Source: an uncultured delta proteobacterium (lineage in GTDB: Bacteria > Desulfobacterota > Syntrophorhabdia > Syntrophorhabdales > WCHB1-27). From it: a stretch of 64,000 bases of DNA. Of this stretch, positions 1 through 9,479 are shown piece after piece. The first letter of the stretch is position 1. Each line of letters begins with the position of its first letter. Position numbers and translations under genes: made by a program. The notes beneath the pieces are model-generated. The model searched no databases and was not told the DNA's origin. It was given only the letters and a program-made list of their open reading frames with translations. The stretch is from assembly GCA_963810935.1 (NCBI GenBank), contig CAWEPK010000008.1, forward strand, positions 320,001 to 384,000. The letters run 5' to 3'.

Positions 1-349
1 CGACGTTGCCCGAGCCCCATGAAGCGAGCCGGGCTATTGTGATGGGGGCCGATGCGGAGCCGCCCGCGTAATGGCCGCTGTCGATGCTGAGCTGCCCTGT
101 CAGATTGAAGCTCGCGCCCGACTTGACGTAGATCGTGTCGCCGCCGTTGATTGTCGGGAAGCTGCCGCCTGCCGGGTCCCCCGGGATGTGGGCCCAGGGC
201 GATGCCTGGCTCGTCCCCGGATTGCTGTCGTTGCCTGTCTGGGGGTCCACGTAATATGTCGATGCAGCCGCAAGGCCCGGCAATACAAGGCACGCGAGGC
301 CCATGCACGACATAATTACGAAGACTTTCAGACCGCTGGAAAATCTCAT
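1..349 (-). CDS. Secreted protein with pectin-lyase/right-handed beta-helix-like N-terminus (5' part only; runs off the window edge)
   Basis: Not in the ORF track. Manual translation MRFSSGLKVFVIMSCMGLACLVLPGLAAASTYYVDPQTGNDSNPGTSQASPW...GGDTIYVK shows a signal peptide and a TYYVD..GNDSNPGT..PW motif; AGGAGG RBS 8 nt upstream. Confidence 0.75.
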   Translation of the reverse strand, partial: MRFSSGLKVFVIMSCMGLACLVLPGLAAASTYYVDPQTGNDSNPGTSQASPWAHIPGDPAGGSFPTINGGDTIYVKSGASFNLTGQLSIDSGHYAGGSASAPITIARLASWGSGNV

Positions 350-629
350 AGATACATCCTCCTGACTTTTTGACCGTCCGGTGTTGTTCCCTATTCGTTT
401 CAGAGAGGTTTGTGGACGACTTGCTTTAGGCGGTTAGTTTTAATACGTATGGCCAGTACTTGTCAACAACTTTTTTACTACCGGAGGCCAACGGAGGTAG
501 ACATCGCCCTGCTGGCGGGCAAATACGGAGAAGCAGAAAACTCTCTTGGCATAGAGAGGAAGGGGCTAAGGAGAGGCGCCGGTCTCTTTTGCGGGACCGG
601 ATAGAAGATGCTGATATAAGGCCCCGTAA

Positions 630-1082
630 CTACCTGGAGGCAAGCAGGATACGCACGGCCCAGCCTTTCGGCAGCCTGTAGACGTGCTCCGCCGGGACTG
701 CCGGCCCTTCATACTCCCGCGCCTTAGCCCGGCCGGTGCGCGTATCAAGCTGCACGATGAGGCGGACCTGTTTTTTGCCGTCAAGCTCGACCTTCTCTTC
801 CAGGACCGGAGGAAGACCAGTGCCCTCCCAGTTGATCTGGATAAACCCCGCCGAGCGCTCCCCTGTCAGGCCATCAAAGACCGGGCGGTGGATGAGCGCC
901 TTATAAGTGCCGTGATCGCTGACACGTACCACCTCTCCCCCGGTAAGCCTCGCGGACGGGGTGACGCCGGCCGCAGAGGCAAGCTTGCGGCTGAAATAGT
1001 CATTCCCCACGAATGTGGCGATCACGATAAAGACGGCAAGGACCGCCCAGATATATCCGAGTATCGCTTTCAACCTGTTCAC
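630..1082 (-). CDS. Hypothetical membrane-anchored protein
   Basis: GTG start with GGAGG RBS inside ORF 630..1235; N-terminal TM helix (AILGYIWAVLAVFIVIATFV); last gene of the PadR operon. Confidence 0.7.
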   Translation of the reverse strand: MNRLKAILGYIWAVLAVFIVIATFVGNDYFSRKLASAAGVTPSARLTGGEVVRVSDHGTYKALIHRPVFDGLTGERSAGFIQINWEGTGLPPVLEEKVELDGKKQVRLIVQLDTRTGRAKAREYEGPAVPAEHVYRLPKGWAVRILLASR

Positions 1083-1096
1083 GCTACCCTCCTTTT

Positions 1097-2290
1097 TTAC
1101 CCGATTATGTGCCCGGTCGCGACCAGCTTTATGACCCTGAAGACAGCATCCCTCACCATGCCCCCGCCCATGGTCGCAAGGAAGAGAAAGGCCGGGTAAA
1201 GAAAGAGAAGCCTTTGCGCGCCGCCGTGCGCACAAGGGTCCGCACCCTTCACATGGTAGGAGAGCGCGCCCCTAGGGCAGATATCGACGCACTTACCGCA
1301 CTTCATGCATGTCATCCTGCTCCCGCCCGCCTCTATGCTTTCCGCGTCTATCGAAAAAGTAGGGCAATTGCGGGTGCAAAGACCGCACTTTACGCACTTC
1401 TCCCTGTCCGCCCGTATCGTGAACACACTCGCCTTGTTCGTGAAAGACTGAAAAGCTCCGAACGGGCAAAAAAGTCCGCACTGCGTGCGCCGCTTCGTCA
1501 GGAAAGGCAGTACTATGACAAGGCCCGCAAATAGCATGATAAATATGATCGTTTGTATAAGGGTCTTGAGAGAAATGACCTGCACGTACTCCGTGACGGC
1601 CTTGAAGGGGCACAGCCAGTAGCAGTACGTCGGCGACAGGGTGGCTGCGGCGGTAAGGACGACCATCAGGAGGACCGCAAACGGGAGATATCTCCAGATT
1701 CCGCCGGCAAACCGCAAGATGGGTTTCTTTAAGATGCGCGAGAAGCCGTCTTCCAGGCCGCCGAAGAAGCAGACCCACCCGCAAAAGCCGCGGCCGAGCG
1801 TGAGAGAGGCGCCGATCCAGATAATGAACATAGTGGCGGCGGAGTGGAAGCCCCCGATGATCGACGCGGGGAATATGAGCGTCCTCGTGAGGGCCGCCGG
1901 GATAAGCGTCATGGGGATAACGATGTGGCAGAAGGGCGCCTCCGCCCGCAGGATATTCGCCTCGGTCAGCGCCATCGTCCCGCGCACCTCGACCACCTGA
2001 GAAATGAAAGAGATGACGAAGGCAACGGCGTAGACTATGAAGAGCACGGCCCGGTAGCGGTCCGTCCTGCCTTTGTACACCATCAGGAAAAACAAGAGGT
2101 TGAAGAAGACGAAGGCGATCGCCACCGACGCAGCATGCGCCGCCCCGGCAGGGCCGTGCCTGCCTGCAATCGTAACGAACGTGACGACCATCATGGGCAG
2201 GGCGATTAAGAAGGCCTTAAGAGGGCTGCGGCCGGCAGGCCGGGCCTCGACGACTTGGGGAGCGAAATCGGGCCGTGCTTCGTTTTTCAT
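1097..2290 (-). CDS. Membrane 4Fe-4S binding protein (NapH/MauN-like with C-terminal 2x[4Fe-4S] ferredoxin)
   Basis: Multiple TM helices; FCGWVCFFG, YCYWLCPF and CGLFCPFG motifs; CxxCxxCxxxCP twice. Confidence 0.85.
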   Translation of the reverse strand: MKNEARPDFAPQVVEARPAGRSPLKAFLIALPMMVVTFVTIAGRHGPAGAAHAASVAIAFVFFNLLFFLMVYKGRTDRYRAVLFIVYAVAFVISFISQVVEVRGTMALTEANILRAEAPFCHIVIPMTLIPAALTRTLIFPASIIGGFHSAATMFIIWIGASLTLGRGFCGWVCFFGGLEDGFSRILKKPILRFAGGIWRYLPFAVLLMVVLTAAATLSPTYCYWLCPFKAVTEYVQVISLKTLIQTIIFIMLFAGLVIVLPFLTKRRTQCGLFCPFGAFQSFTNKASVFTIRADREKCVKCGLCTRNCPTFSIDAESIEAGGSRMTCMKCGKCVDICPRGALSYHVKGADPCAHGGAQRLLFLYPAFLFLATMGGGMVRDAVFRVIKLVATGHIIG

Positions 2291-2928
2291 AACCCCTTAA
2301 TACCTCCTGCAAATATTATTAGCCCCGAGAAAAAATAATAGACGCCCATGAGCCCCGCCGCGAGCCGTCCCACCATTCTCACGGCCGGATAGACTCGAAG
2401 CAGGCCCAACAGAGGCGCAGGGATCAGAACAAGAGACGTACCTGCAAAGAACATCAGGAAAAAGAAAAGGCTGTAAGGGAGGCTGCCCTTCTCCGCCGAC
2501 CCCGCCACGGCCAGCAAAAACGGCGGACACAGGCTTAAGCCCGTAGCCAGCCCGGCGCCGAAGGGCGCGAGGGCTGGAAGGCGCAGGCGGCCGGCGGCAG
2601 CCGCCAGGCGGGATGACCACCTGCACGAGACGCCGGAACACCGGCCGATATCGAAGAAGCCGTAAAGGACGAGAGCAACGGCTATCGCCATGTAGGCGAA
2701 GCCTATGACCGGCGCCCTGTAGGCGTCTTTGAGGAGCGACGCGCTGACTGCCCAGGCGGCTACCCCGAAAATAAGATATCCGGCCAGCCTCCCGCAGAGG
2801 AACCGGAGGAGCACGCCGGTACTTGCCGCCGCTCCGCCGCCGCCGGCCATGACGCAGGGCACGAGGACCGGGGCGCAATAAGCGAGGCAAATGCCGCCGT
2901 TGCTAAGACCCAGGATAAAGGCTTCCAC
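2287..2928 (-). CDS. Sulfite exporter TauE/SafE or DsbD_2-like membrane protein
   Basis: CLAYCAP and GLSLCPP motifs, GRLAGY, about 6 TM segments; 4-nt overlap with the next gene. Confidence 0.75.
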   Translation of the reverse strand: MEAFILGLSNGGICLAYCAPVLVPCVMAGGGGAAASTGVLLRFLCGRLAGYLIFGVAAWAVSASLLKDAYRAPVIGFAYMAIAVALVLYGFFDIGRCSGVSCRWSSRLAAAAGRLRLPALAPFGAGLATGLSLCPPFLLAVAGSAEKGSLPYSLFFFLMFFAGTSLVLIPAPLLGLLRVYPAVRMVGRLAAGLMGVYYFFSGLIIFAGGIKGL

Positions 2929-2935
2929 CGCCCCC

Positions 2936-3493
2936 TTACCTCTCTTTTCTCGCTTCCTTCATGCGCTCCAGCACGGCGTCGCACCACTCGACGGTCATCT
3001 GTGACTGCCTGCGGCCGTAATCAAGCGTCATCTGCCAGAACAGGACGTCGTCTCCATCATTCATCGCGCGCGCCCGCCGTTCCATCTCGGGCTCAATTTC
3101 CTTTTTGTATTTATCGAGGAGGCGCTCGTGGAACGCCCTTGCCCTGGCGATGTGCTCCAGGAAACGCTTACGGGGAAGGCGGGCCCCGAAGAAGACCTTA
3201 ACAAACATGGGCGAGCGCGGGGCCGGCGCCTGGGGGGCTTCAGCCAGCCAGCGCTCGAACTCTTCTTCCCCAGATTCGTTTATGCGGTATACCTTGCGGC
3301 TCGGCTTGCCGTCCTGGTGCTCGACGGTCGATTCGATCCAGCCTTCCGCCTCCATCTTTCCAAGCGTCCGGTAGATTTGCGGCAGCGTGGCGTTCCAGAA
3401 GAAGTAGATCGACTTATTGAACGCCGCCTTAAGGTCGTAGCCCGTTGCGGGACCGTACTGGATGAGGCCGAGAAGCGCGTGAGGCAGGGACAT
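2936..3493 (-). CDS. PadR family transcriptional regulator
   Basis: ALLGLI..GPATGYDL, QIYRTL.KME.EGWI, RKVYRINESG winged-helix motifs. Confidence 0.92.
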   Translation of the reverse strand: MSLPHALLGLIQYGPATGYDLKAAFNKSIYFFWNATLPQIYRTLGKMEAEGWIESTVEHQDGKPSRKVYRINESGEEEFERWLAEAPQAPAPRSPMFVKVFFGARLPRKRFLEHIARARAFHERLLDKYKKEIEPEMERRARAMNDGDDVLFWQMTLDYGRRQSQMTVEWCDAVLERMKEARKER

Positions 3494-3520
3494 GATCGCT
3501 CCTTAGATGCGTTGTACTAT

Positions 3521-3564
3521 ATGTGTCTATGCACATAGTAATGCAGACATATATGGCATGTCAA
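3521..3564 (-). promoter_or_regulatory. Sigma70 promoter of the PadR operon with overlapping ATGT-N8-ACAT operator
   Basis: Minus strand TTGACA (3564-3559), 18 nt, TACTAT (3540-3535); ATGT-gtctatgc-ACAT at 3521-3536. Confidence 0.6.
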
Positions 3565-3607
3565 TACATTTTTTATTTTTTTTCGATTTAATGAGTGCTG
3601 ACGATTA

Positions 3608-5260
3608 CTACGCCTTTTGTTTTGTTTTTACTCGTTTTCCGAGACCCTGTGAGAGCCGCTGCAAGGCGCGGGATTGGTCCGCCGGGTCCAGGTGGACGTC
3701 GAGGATGCAGAAACACTCCGTGCACTTTCCCGCTTCCCTCAAAGCTGCCTCTAACTGGTCCTCGGTTGTGACGTCGAACCCCCTGCCCGCCCCCAGAATG
3801 TCCGGGATGCGGCTGTAATTCCAGAGCGGAATATCGTTGAATGCGCCGTCGAGCATGGGGCGCTCCGTCCCGTAGCCGCAATTGTTCAGGACAATGACGA
3901 TCGGGTTGAGCTTGAACCTGGCTATCGTGCCCAGCTCCATCCCCGTCATTTGGAAAGCGCCGTCGCCGACAAGCACCAGCGGGCGCAGCTCCGGCCGGGC
4001 CATCTGCACACCAAGGCTCGCAGGCACGGCGAAACCGAGAGAGGTGTAGTACGCCGGTGCAAGGAATTCGGTTTCGCTATGGATCGTCATATCGGCCGCT
4101 GCGAACATGGCGTCACCGGGGTCCGCTATAACGACCGTATTGTCGCTCAGAAATGCGTTCAACCTCTGAAAGAGGTACTGAACTGTCACCTGCCTCCCCG
4201 GAACCGCGGCCCGGCGCTCAAGCGCGGGTGGGTGGGGTATCTCCACCGCCTCCCTCCGGCGGATATCGGCCTTGAGAAGACCGGATACGAAGTCCTTCAC
4301 CGTAACGTCCTCGTACCCGTGATAGCGCACGAGCAGCTTCTCGGTGCTGGCGTAAATGGAGCGCGCCTGTTCCAGGCGGGCCGTGAAAGCCCCCAGGTCG
4401 ATATCGGTCAGCAGGGCCCCCAGCAGGATAAGGCAATCGCTCGACTCGACGTACTTGCGCACGTCCCTGCGCCCCACGGCCCCCTCGTACAGCCCGATGT
4501 AGCGCGGGTGGTTTTCGCGGATTACCGACTTGGAAAGGAGCGTTGAGGCCACAGGGATATTCGTCTTCTCGACGAGCTGCAAAAGGGCATCCTGAAGCTC
4601 GAACCTGTGCAACTCCACCCCCGCTATGATGAGCGGCTGCTTAGCGGCATTTATGATGGCGACCGCTTCTTCCAGCGCCTCGCCGAGTGCCTCTCCTTTG
4701 GACGGCCTTACCGCCTCGCGCCGCTGCCTGTACGGCTCAACCCGGGCTGACAGCATGTCGCGCGGCAGCTCTATATAGACAGGCCTTTTGTGCCTCGCCG
4801 CCTCGGATAGTACGCGGTCGATCTCGCGGCAGGCTGTCTGGGCGTCGTCGATCACGGTGGAGGCCACGGTGATCTGCTCGAATATCTTGAGCTGCGTATC
4901 GAAGTCCTTGACTCTGTGATGCAGCAGGGCCGTTTTTACGCGCTCGTTCTTCCCCGGTGCTCCGCTGATCACGACGACCGGCGACTTTTCGGCAAACGCC
5001 TGAGCCGTCGTGTTGGCCACTTTCAGGCCCCCCACGCAATAGGTGACGCAAGCCGCGCCCATGCCGCTGACCCTGGCGTAAGCGTCTGCGGCAAAACCGG
5101 CGCTCTGCTCGTCGCACGTGTTTATCAGCTTCAGATCGCTCCCTTCGAGGTCGTGGAAAAAACCGAGCACGTAATCGCCCGGCACGCCGAAGATATGGCG
5201 CACACCGCGCGCCTGTAGCTGCTGGATGAGATAGCTGCTCACCGTATGGGGGACTGCCAT
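3608..5260 (-). CDS. ipdC: Thiamine-PP-dependent alpha-keto acid (indolepyruvate/pyruvate) decarboxylase
   Basis: FGVPGDY, DEQSAGFAADAYAR, LHH, GDGAFQMT...NNCGYG TPP-binding motif. Confidence 0.85.
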   Translation of the reverse strand: MAVPHTVSSYLIQQLQARGVRHIFGVPGDYVLGFFHDLEGSDLKLINTCDEQSAGFAADAYARVSGMGAACVTYCVGGLKVANTTAQAFAEKSPVVVISGAPGKNERVKTALLHHRVKDFDTQLKIFEQITVASTVIDDAQTACREIDRVLSEAARHKRPVYIELPRDMLSARVEPYRQRREAVRPSKGEALGEALEEAVAIINAAKQPLIIAGVELHRFELQDALLQLVEKTNIPVASTLLSKSVIRENHPRYIGLYEGAVGRRDVRKYVESSDCLILLGALLTDIDLGAFTARLEQARSIYASTEKLLVRYHGYEDVTVKDFVSGLLKADIRRREAVEIPHPPALERRAAVPGRQVTVQYLFQRLNAFLSDNTVVIADPGDAMFAAADMTIHSETEFLAPAYYTSLGFAVPASLGVQMARPELRPLVLVGDGAFQMTGMELGTIARFKLNPIVIVLNNCGYGTERPMLDGAFNDIPLWNYSRIPDILGAGRGFDVTTEDQLEAALREAGKCTECFCILDVHLDPADQSRALQRLSQGLGKRVKTKQKA

Positions 5261-5456
5261 GTTCGCCCTCCGTGAATTGTCGGCCTCCCTCTATTCTCCT
5301 GCTATTTCTGATCGTCTGCAAGCCAAAAAACCCGGAGCCTCTCTTTTGACGTGGAAGCACCGCCCCGAAACGCCGTATCAGGCCGCCCTTCTTGCATTGT
5401 TCCGCCCCGATGGTGTATATTTTGCCCTGTTTTCGGCGCACAAGCCGCGAGGAAGT

Positions 5457-6632
5457 ATGCTTCTTTCCGACATCGATAAAGAAATAGCTTCGCTCAAAAA
5501 GAAAGGGCGTTACCGGTACCTACGGCCGTTATCGACGGCCCAGGACGCGCTCATCTCCATTGACGGGAAGCAGCTCATCAATTTCGCCTCCAATAATTAC
5601 CTGGGCCTGGCCAACCACCCGGAGGTCGTCGGAGCCCTCACGGCCGCAGCCGCGCGCTACGGCGTGGGCTCGGGTGCGTCGCGCCTGATCTGCGGCCACA
5701 TGGACGTCCACGCGGAGCTGGAGGCGGCCTTAGCCCGGATGAAAGGCACGGAGGCCTGCCTGACCTTCAGCTCCGGGTACCTCGCCAACATGGGTATCCT
5801 TGCAACCCTCGGCGGACCGGGCGCTGTAGTCTTTTCCGACGAGCTGAACCACTCTTCCATCATCGACGGCTGCCGCCTGTCCAGAAGCCGGGTGCAGATT
5901 TACCGCCACGCGGATGCAGACCACCTGGAATCGCTGCTGCGCACATCGAAGGCGCGGCGCAAGATCATCGTGACCGACAGCGTCTTCAGCATGGACGGCG
6001 ACGTAGCCCCCCTGCCCGACTTTGTCTCCCTGAAAAGCAGGTACGGCGCGGTCCTCGTCGTTGATGACGCCCACGCGGTCGGCGTGCTCCCTCCGCGCGG
6101 CCGGGGCTCTGCCGAATATTTCGGCCTGCCGCACGATGCGATAGACGTGCAGATGGGCACACTCTCGAAGGCCCTCGGCACGTACGGCGCCTACATCTGC
6201 GCATCGGAGAAGATAATCGATTATTTTGTCAATACGTGCCGGACGTTTATTTACAACACGGGCCTGCCGCCCGCGCTGGCGGGGGCGGCGATAAAGGCGG
6301 TTGAAATGCTGTGCGCCGGGACGGACCTGCCCGGCAGGCTCTGGAAGAACCAGGAGCTTTTCGCCGCCGGGATGTCTGCGCGCGGACGCCGGATAACGAG
6401 CCCGAGCGCCATCATACCGCTGGTCACGGGCGGCGACAAGGAGACTATGGCCATATCCGCGGCCCTTTACGACAGGGGGCTTTTCGTCCACGGCATACGG
6501 CCGCCTTCCGTCCCCGAAGGGAGCGGACGCCTGCGGCTCACCCTCATGGCAACTCACACGCCGGAGATGGTGCGCACGGCAGCCGAATGCATCGACGAGC
6601 TTTTCAAGGAGGCAGGCATTGGATCGCACTGA
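5457..6632 (+). CDS. bioF: 8-amino-7-oxononanoate synthase
   Basis: NFASNNYLGL, GSGASRL, DELNHSSIIDG, VFSMDGD, DDAHA, TLSKALG; start trimmed to MLLSDIDKE. Confidence 0.93.
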   Translation: MLLSDIDKEIASLKKKGRYRYLRPLSTAQDALISIDGKQLINFASNNYLGLANHPEVVGALTAAAARYGVGSGASRLICGHMDVHAELEAALARMKGTEACLTFSSGYLANMGILATLGGPGAVVFSDELNHSSIIDGCRLSRSRVQIYRHADADHLESLLRTSKARRKIIVTDSVFSMDGDVAPLPDFVSLKSRYGAVLVVDDAHAVGVLPPRGRGSAEYFGLPHDAIDVQMGTLSKALGTYGAYICASEKIIDYFVNTCRTFIYNTGLPPALAGAAIKAVEMLCAGTDLPGRLWKNQELFAAGMSARGRRITSPSAIIPLVTGGDKETMAISAALYDRGLFVHGIRPPSVPEGSGRLRLTLMATHTPEMVRTAAECIDELFKEAGIGSH

Positions 6633-7989
6633 AGAGCTGCAGCGCCTCGATAAATCCGCCGTCTGGCACCCATTCACGCAGATGGCCGACTGGGAAAAGG
6701 AGGCGCCCCTCGTCATCGAGTCCGGCGAGGGCAATTATCTCATCGACACAAAGGGGCAGCGCTATTTCGACGGAGTTTCTTCGCTGTGGGTCAATCTCTT
6801 CGGCCACCGCAGGAAGGAGATCGACGACGCAGTCCGGGCGCAGCTTGACCGCGTCGCCCATTCGACGTTCCTGGGCCTCTCGCACGTCCCCGCGATAGAG
6901 CTTGCCGGAAAGCTCGTCGCCCTCGTGCCGCCCGGCCTCTCCAGGGTCTTCTATTCGGACAACGGCTCGACCGCGATGGAGATCTGCATCAAGATGGCGT
7001 ACCAGTACTGGCAGCTCAGGGAAGGGACCGCGGCCAAGAAAGAATTCCTGACCCATACGGAGGCCTATCACGGCGATACAATCGGGGCCGTGTCGGCGGG
7101 CGGCATCGACCTGTTCCACAAGATTTTCCGGCCCCTCCTTTTTACGACGCACCGCATCCCTACCCCGCACTGCTACCGCTGCCCATACGGCCTTGAGCGG
7201 CCGTCGTGCGCGATGGCATGCGCGGACAGGATGGAGGAGACAGTGCGCGGACTTGCGGACAGGCTCGCGGCCTTCATCGCCGAACCGCTGGTACAGGGTG
7301 CGGCAGGGATGCTCATGATGCCCGAGGGCTACCTTGGCCGCCTGCGCAAAGTGACTGCCGAATGCGGCGTCCTTCTCATCTGCGATGAGGTGGCTACGGG
7401 CTTCGGCAGGACGGGGACGCTTTTCGCCTGCAATCAGGAAGGCGTCTCTCCCGACCTGATGTCCGTAGCGAAAGGTCTCACCGGCGGCTACCTGCCGCTT
7501 GCCGCCACCTTCGCAACCGAAGAAATCTATGCAACCTTCCTCGGGCGCTACGAGGAATTCAAGGCGTTTTTCCACGGCCATTCATATACTGCAAACCCGC
7601 TCGCCTGCGCAGCCGCGCTCGCCACGCTCTCCATCTTCGAGGGTGAGCCGGTCATTGAGCGCGTTAGCAGCCTCGCCAGCACTATGGCCCGAGAGTTGTC
7701 CGCCTTGCGCGACCTCCCGCACGTCGGAGACATCCGTCAAAAAGGGCTGATGGCAGGCATCGAAATTGTCGCGGACAAAAAAACGAAAGAGCCTTATCCG
7801 CCCGAAAAGAAGATCGGCCAGCGCATTGTCAGCAAGGTGCGCGAGAAAGGCGTGATCCTCCGCCCCCTGGGCGACATCATTGTCTTCATGCCGCCCCTTT
7901 CCTCGACCGAAACAGAGATCGAGCACCTCGTCCGCTCCGCCGCCTGTGCCATGGACGCCGTCCTGAAAGAAGAGGCAGCCAATGGATAG
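6619..7989 (+). CDS. bioA: Adenosylmethionine-8-amino-7-oxononanoate aminotransferase
   Basis: WHPFTQM, SSLWVN, DNGSTA, YHGDT, DEVATGFGRTG, AKGLTGGYLP. Confidence 0.95.
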   Translation: MDRTEELQRLDKSAVWHPFTQMADWEKEAPLVIESGEGNYLIDTKGQRYFDGVSSLWVNLFGHRRKEIDDAVRAQLDRVAHSTFLGLSHVPAIELAGKLVALVPPGLSRVFYSDNGSTAMEICIKMAYQYWQLREGTAAKKEFLTHTEAYHGDTIGAVSAGGIDLFHKIFRPLLFTTHRIPTPHCYRCPYGLERPSCAMACADRMEETVRGLADRLAAFIAEPLVQGAAGMLMMPEGYLGRLRKVTAECGVLLICDEVATGFGRTGTLFACNQEGVSPDLMSVAKGLTGGYLPLAATFATEEIYATFLGRYEEFKAFFHGHSYTANPLACAAALATLSIFEGEPVIERVSSLASTMARELSALRDLPHVGDIRQKGLMAGIEIVADKKTKEPYPPEKKIGQRIVSKVREKGVILRPLGDIIVFMPPLSSTETEIEHLVRSAACAMDAVLKEEAANG

Positions 7990-8695
7990 GCGGACCGACG
8001 GCCGCATAGCCGGGATATTCGTCTCGGGCACGGACACGGAAGTCGGCAAGACGTATGTGACCTGCCTGCTCTGCAAGCGGCTGCGCGAGGAAGGGAGAAT
8101 CATCCGGCCCTTCAAGCCCGTGGAATCGGGCTGCGAGAAAGACCGAAACGGAAGGCTAATCCCCGCCGATGCAACCGCGCTACGCGATGTTGCGGCCCCG
8201 GGTCTTGCCGTGGAAGACGTCTGCCTTTACAGGCTGGTTGCGCCCGTCTCGCCCCACCTGGCTGCCAGAATGGAAGGCGTCGAGATCGACACGGAGAAAA
8301 TCAAACGCGCGATACATGCGGGCGAGCGGGGGGCTGACCTGGTGATAGTAGAGGGCGCGGGCGGCATAACCGTGGAGCTGCGCGAGGGCTATTCCTTCGC
8401 CCAACTGGCGGCGGATCTGGGCTACCCGGCACTGCTCGTAGCAGAGAACCGCCTGGGCATACTCAACCAGGTGGCGCTCAATGTACACTACCTGGCGCAG
8501 CGGGGTGTTCCGCTGCTCGGCGTGATACTGAATGACCGCACGGCGGATGTATCACCAGCGGCGCAGACGAATGCAGCGGAGTTACAACGTGTGTGTGGGG
8601 AGGCGTACCTCGGACGCGTTAGCCACTCAGCCACAACAATTCCCGACGAAGTCTATCGTTCTTTCGTCTCCCTGATATCTTCATCGGCCTATTAA
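7982..8695 (+). CDS. bioD: Dethiobiotin synthase
   Basis: SGTDTEVGKT, FKPVESG, SPHLAA, VEGAGG. Confidence 0.95.
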   Translation: MDRRTDGRIAGIFVSGTDTEVGKTYVTCLLCKRLREEGRIIRPFKPVESGCEKDRNGRLIPADATALRDVAAPGLAVEDVCLYRLVAPVSPHLAARMEGVEIDTEKIKRAIHAGERGADLVIVEGAGGITVELREGYSFAQLAADLGYPALLVAENRLGILNQVALNVHYLAQRGVPLLGVILNDRTADVSPAAQTNAAELQRVCGEAYLGRVSHSATTIPDEVYRSFVSLISSSAY

Positions 8696-8737
8696 CCGAC
8701 CCGGCAGGATACATTTCCCCCCTACCGCCTCCAAATG

Positions 8738-8766
8738 TTGACAACGCAGCAATAAGGTACTATTTT
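8738..8766 (+). promoter_or_regulatory. Putative sigma70 promoter
   Basis: TTGACA-17 nt-TATTTT upstream of the 8799 ORF. Confidence 0.5.
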
Positions 8767-8798
8767 CCGCACATAATCTTTTTATATTGAGGGGTAAA

Positions 8799-9155
8799 AT
8801 GTCAAAATTAAAGCCAAATGATATCAAGGAGGAGGTTAAGCAAGTCTTGAAGGGAGCGCCTATCAATGACCGAGGTCGAGGTCGTTCCTTTCAAACTGCC
8901 TACCAAATACTTCTGCGATTACCAGAAAAGTTGAGAAACCAACTTATAGAAGAACGGGGGAAACGAGAATCTGGGGAACGCAAGCACTACACCGCAGCAA
9001 CTGTCGTCGCCCAAGCTGCGACGATGCTGGGACCTGCTGAGGTCGACACCGAGTTTCTTGACAGATATTCTCTCAGCATAAAGTTGGAGGGCGCATTGGA
9101 CGAGGAGATTGAGCCGGGCAGTCAGAATGTCGGGCTATATCGGCTAAGAATGTAA
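8799..9155 (+). CDS. Hypothetical protein, AT-richer than flanks
   Basis: 118 aa ORF with GAGGGG RBS and own promoter; no recognised family. Confidence 0.7.
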   Translation: MSKLKPNDIKEEVKQVLKGAPINDRGRGRSFQTAYQILLRLPEKLRNQLIEERGKRESGERKHYTAATVVAQAATMLGPAEVDTEFLDRYSLSIKLEGALDEEIEPGSQNVGLYRLRM

Positions 9156-9179
9156 TGAGATTTCCTTGATAGCGGGCGC

Positions 9180-9470
9180 TCAGACATAGATCAAATCTTT
9201 CTTGATAAGTTTTCGATGCCGGGTATTTATAGCACGCGAGGAGACGACTTCCGTGCGCAGACCAAGGTGCTTTTCAATTCTGTCGGCAAGGGTCACAAAG
9301 TCCAAACCGATGGACGGATCGACTTCAACGAGTACATCTACGTCGCTGTCTTTGCGCTGTTCCATGCGGGCGTATGATCCGAAAAGGCCTATTCTGCGGA
9401 CTTTAAACTCTTTCTGCAACTCCGGCTTTGCATCAGCCAGAATCTTCAGGACTTCTTCGCGGCTCTTCAC
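9180..9470 (-). CDS. mntA: Minimal nucleotidyltransferase (MNT, MntA-type antitoxin)
   Basis: 96 aa; LFGSYAR.EQRKDSDVDVLVE signature. Confidence 0.88.
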   Translation of the reverse strand: MKSREEVLKILADAKPELQKEFKVRRIGLFGSYARMEQRKDSDVDVLVEVDPSIGLDFVTLADRIEKHLGLRTEVVSSRAINTRHRKLIKKDLIYV

Positions 9471-9479
9471 GTCAAACCT

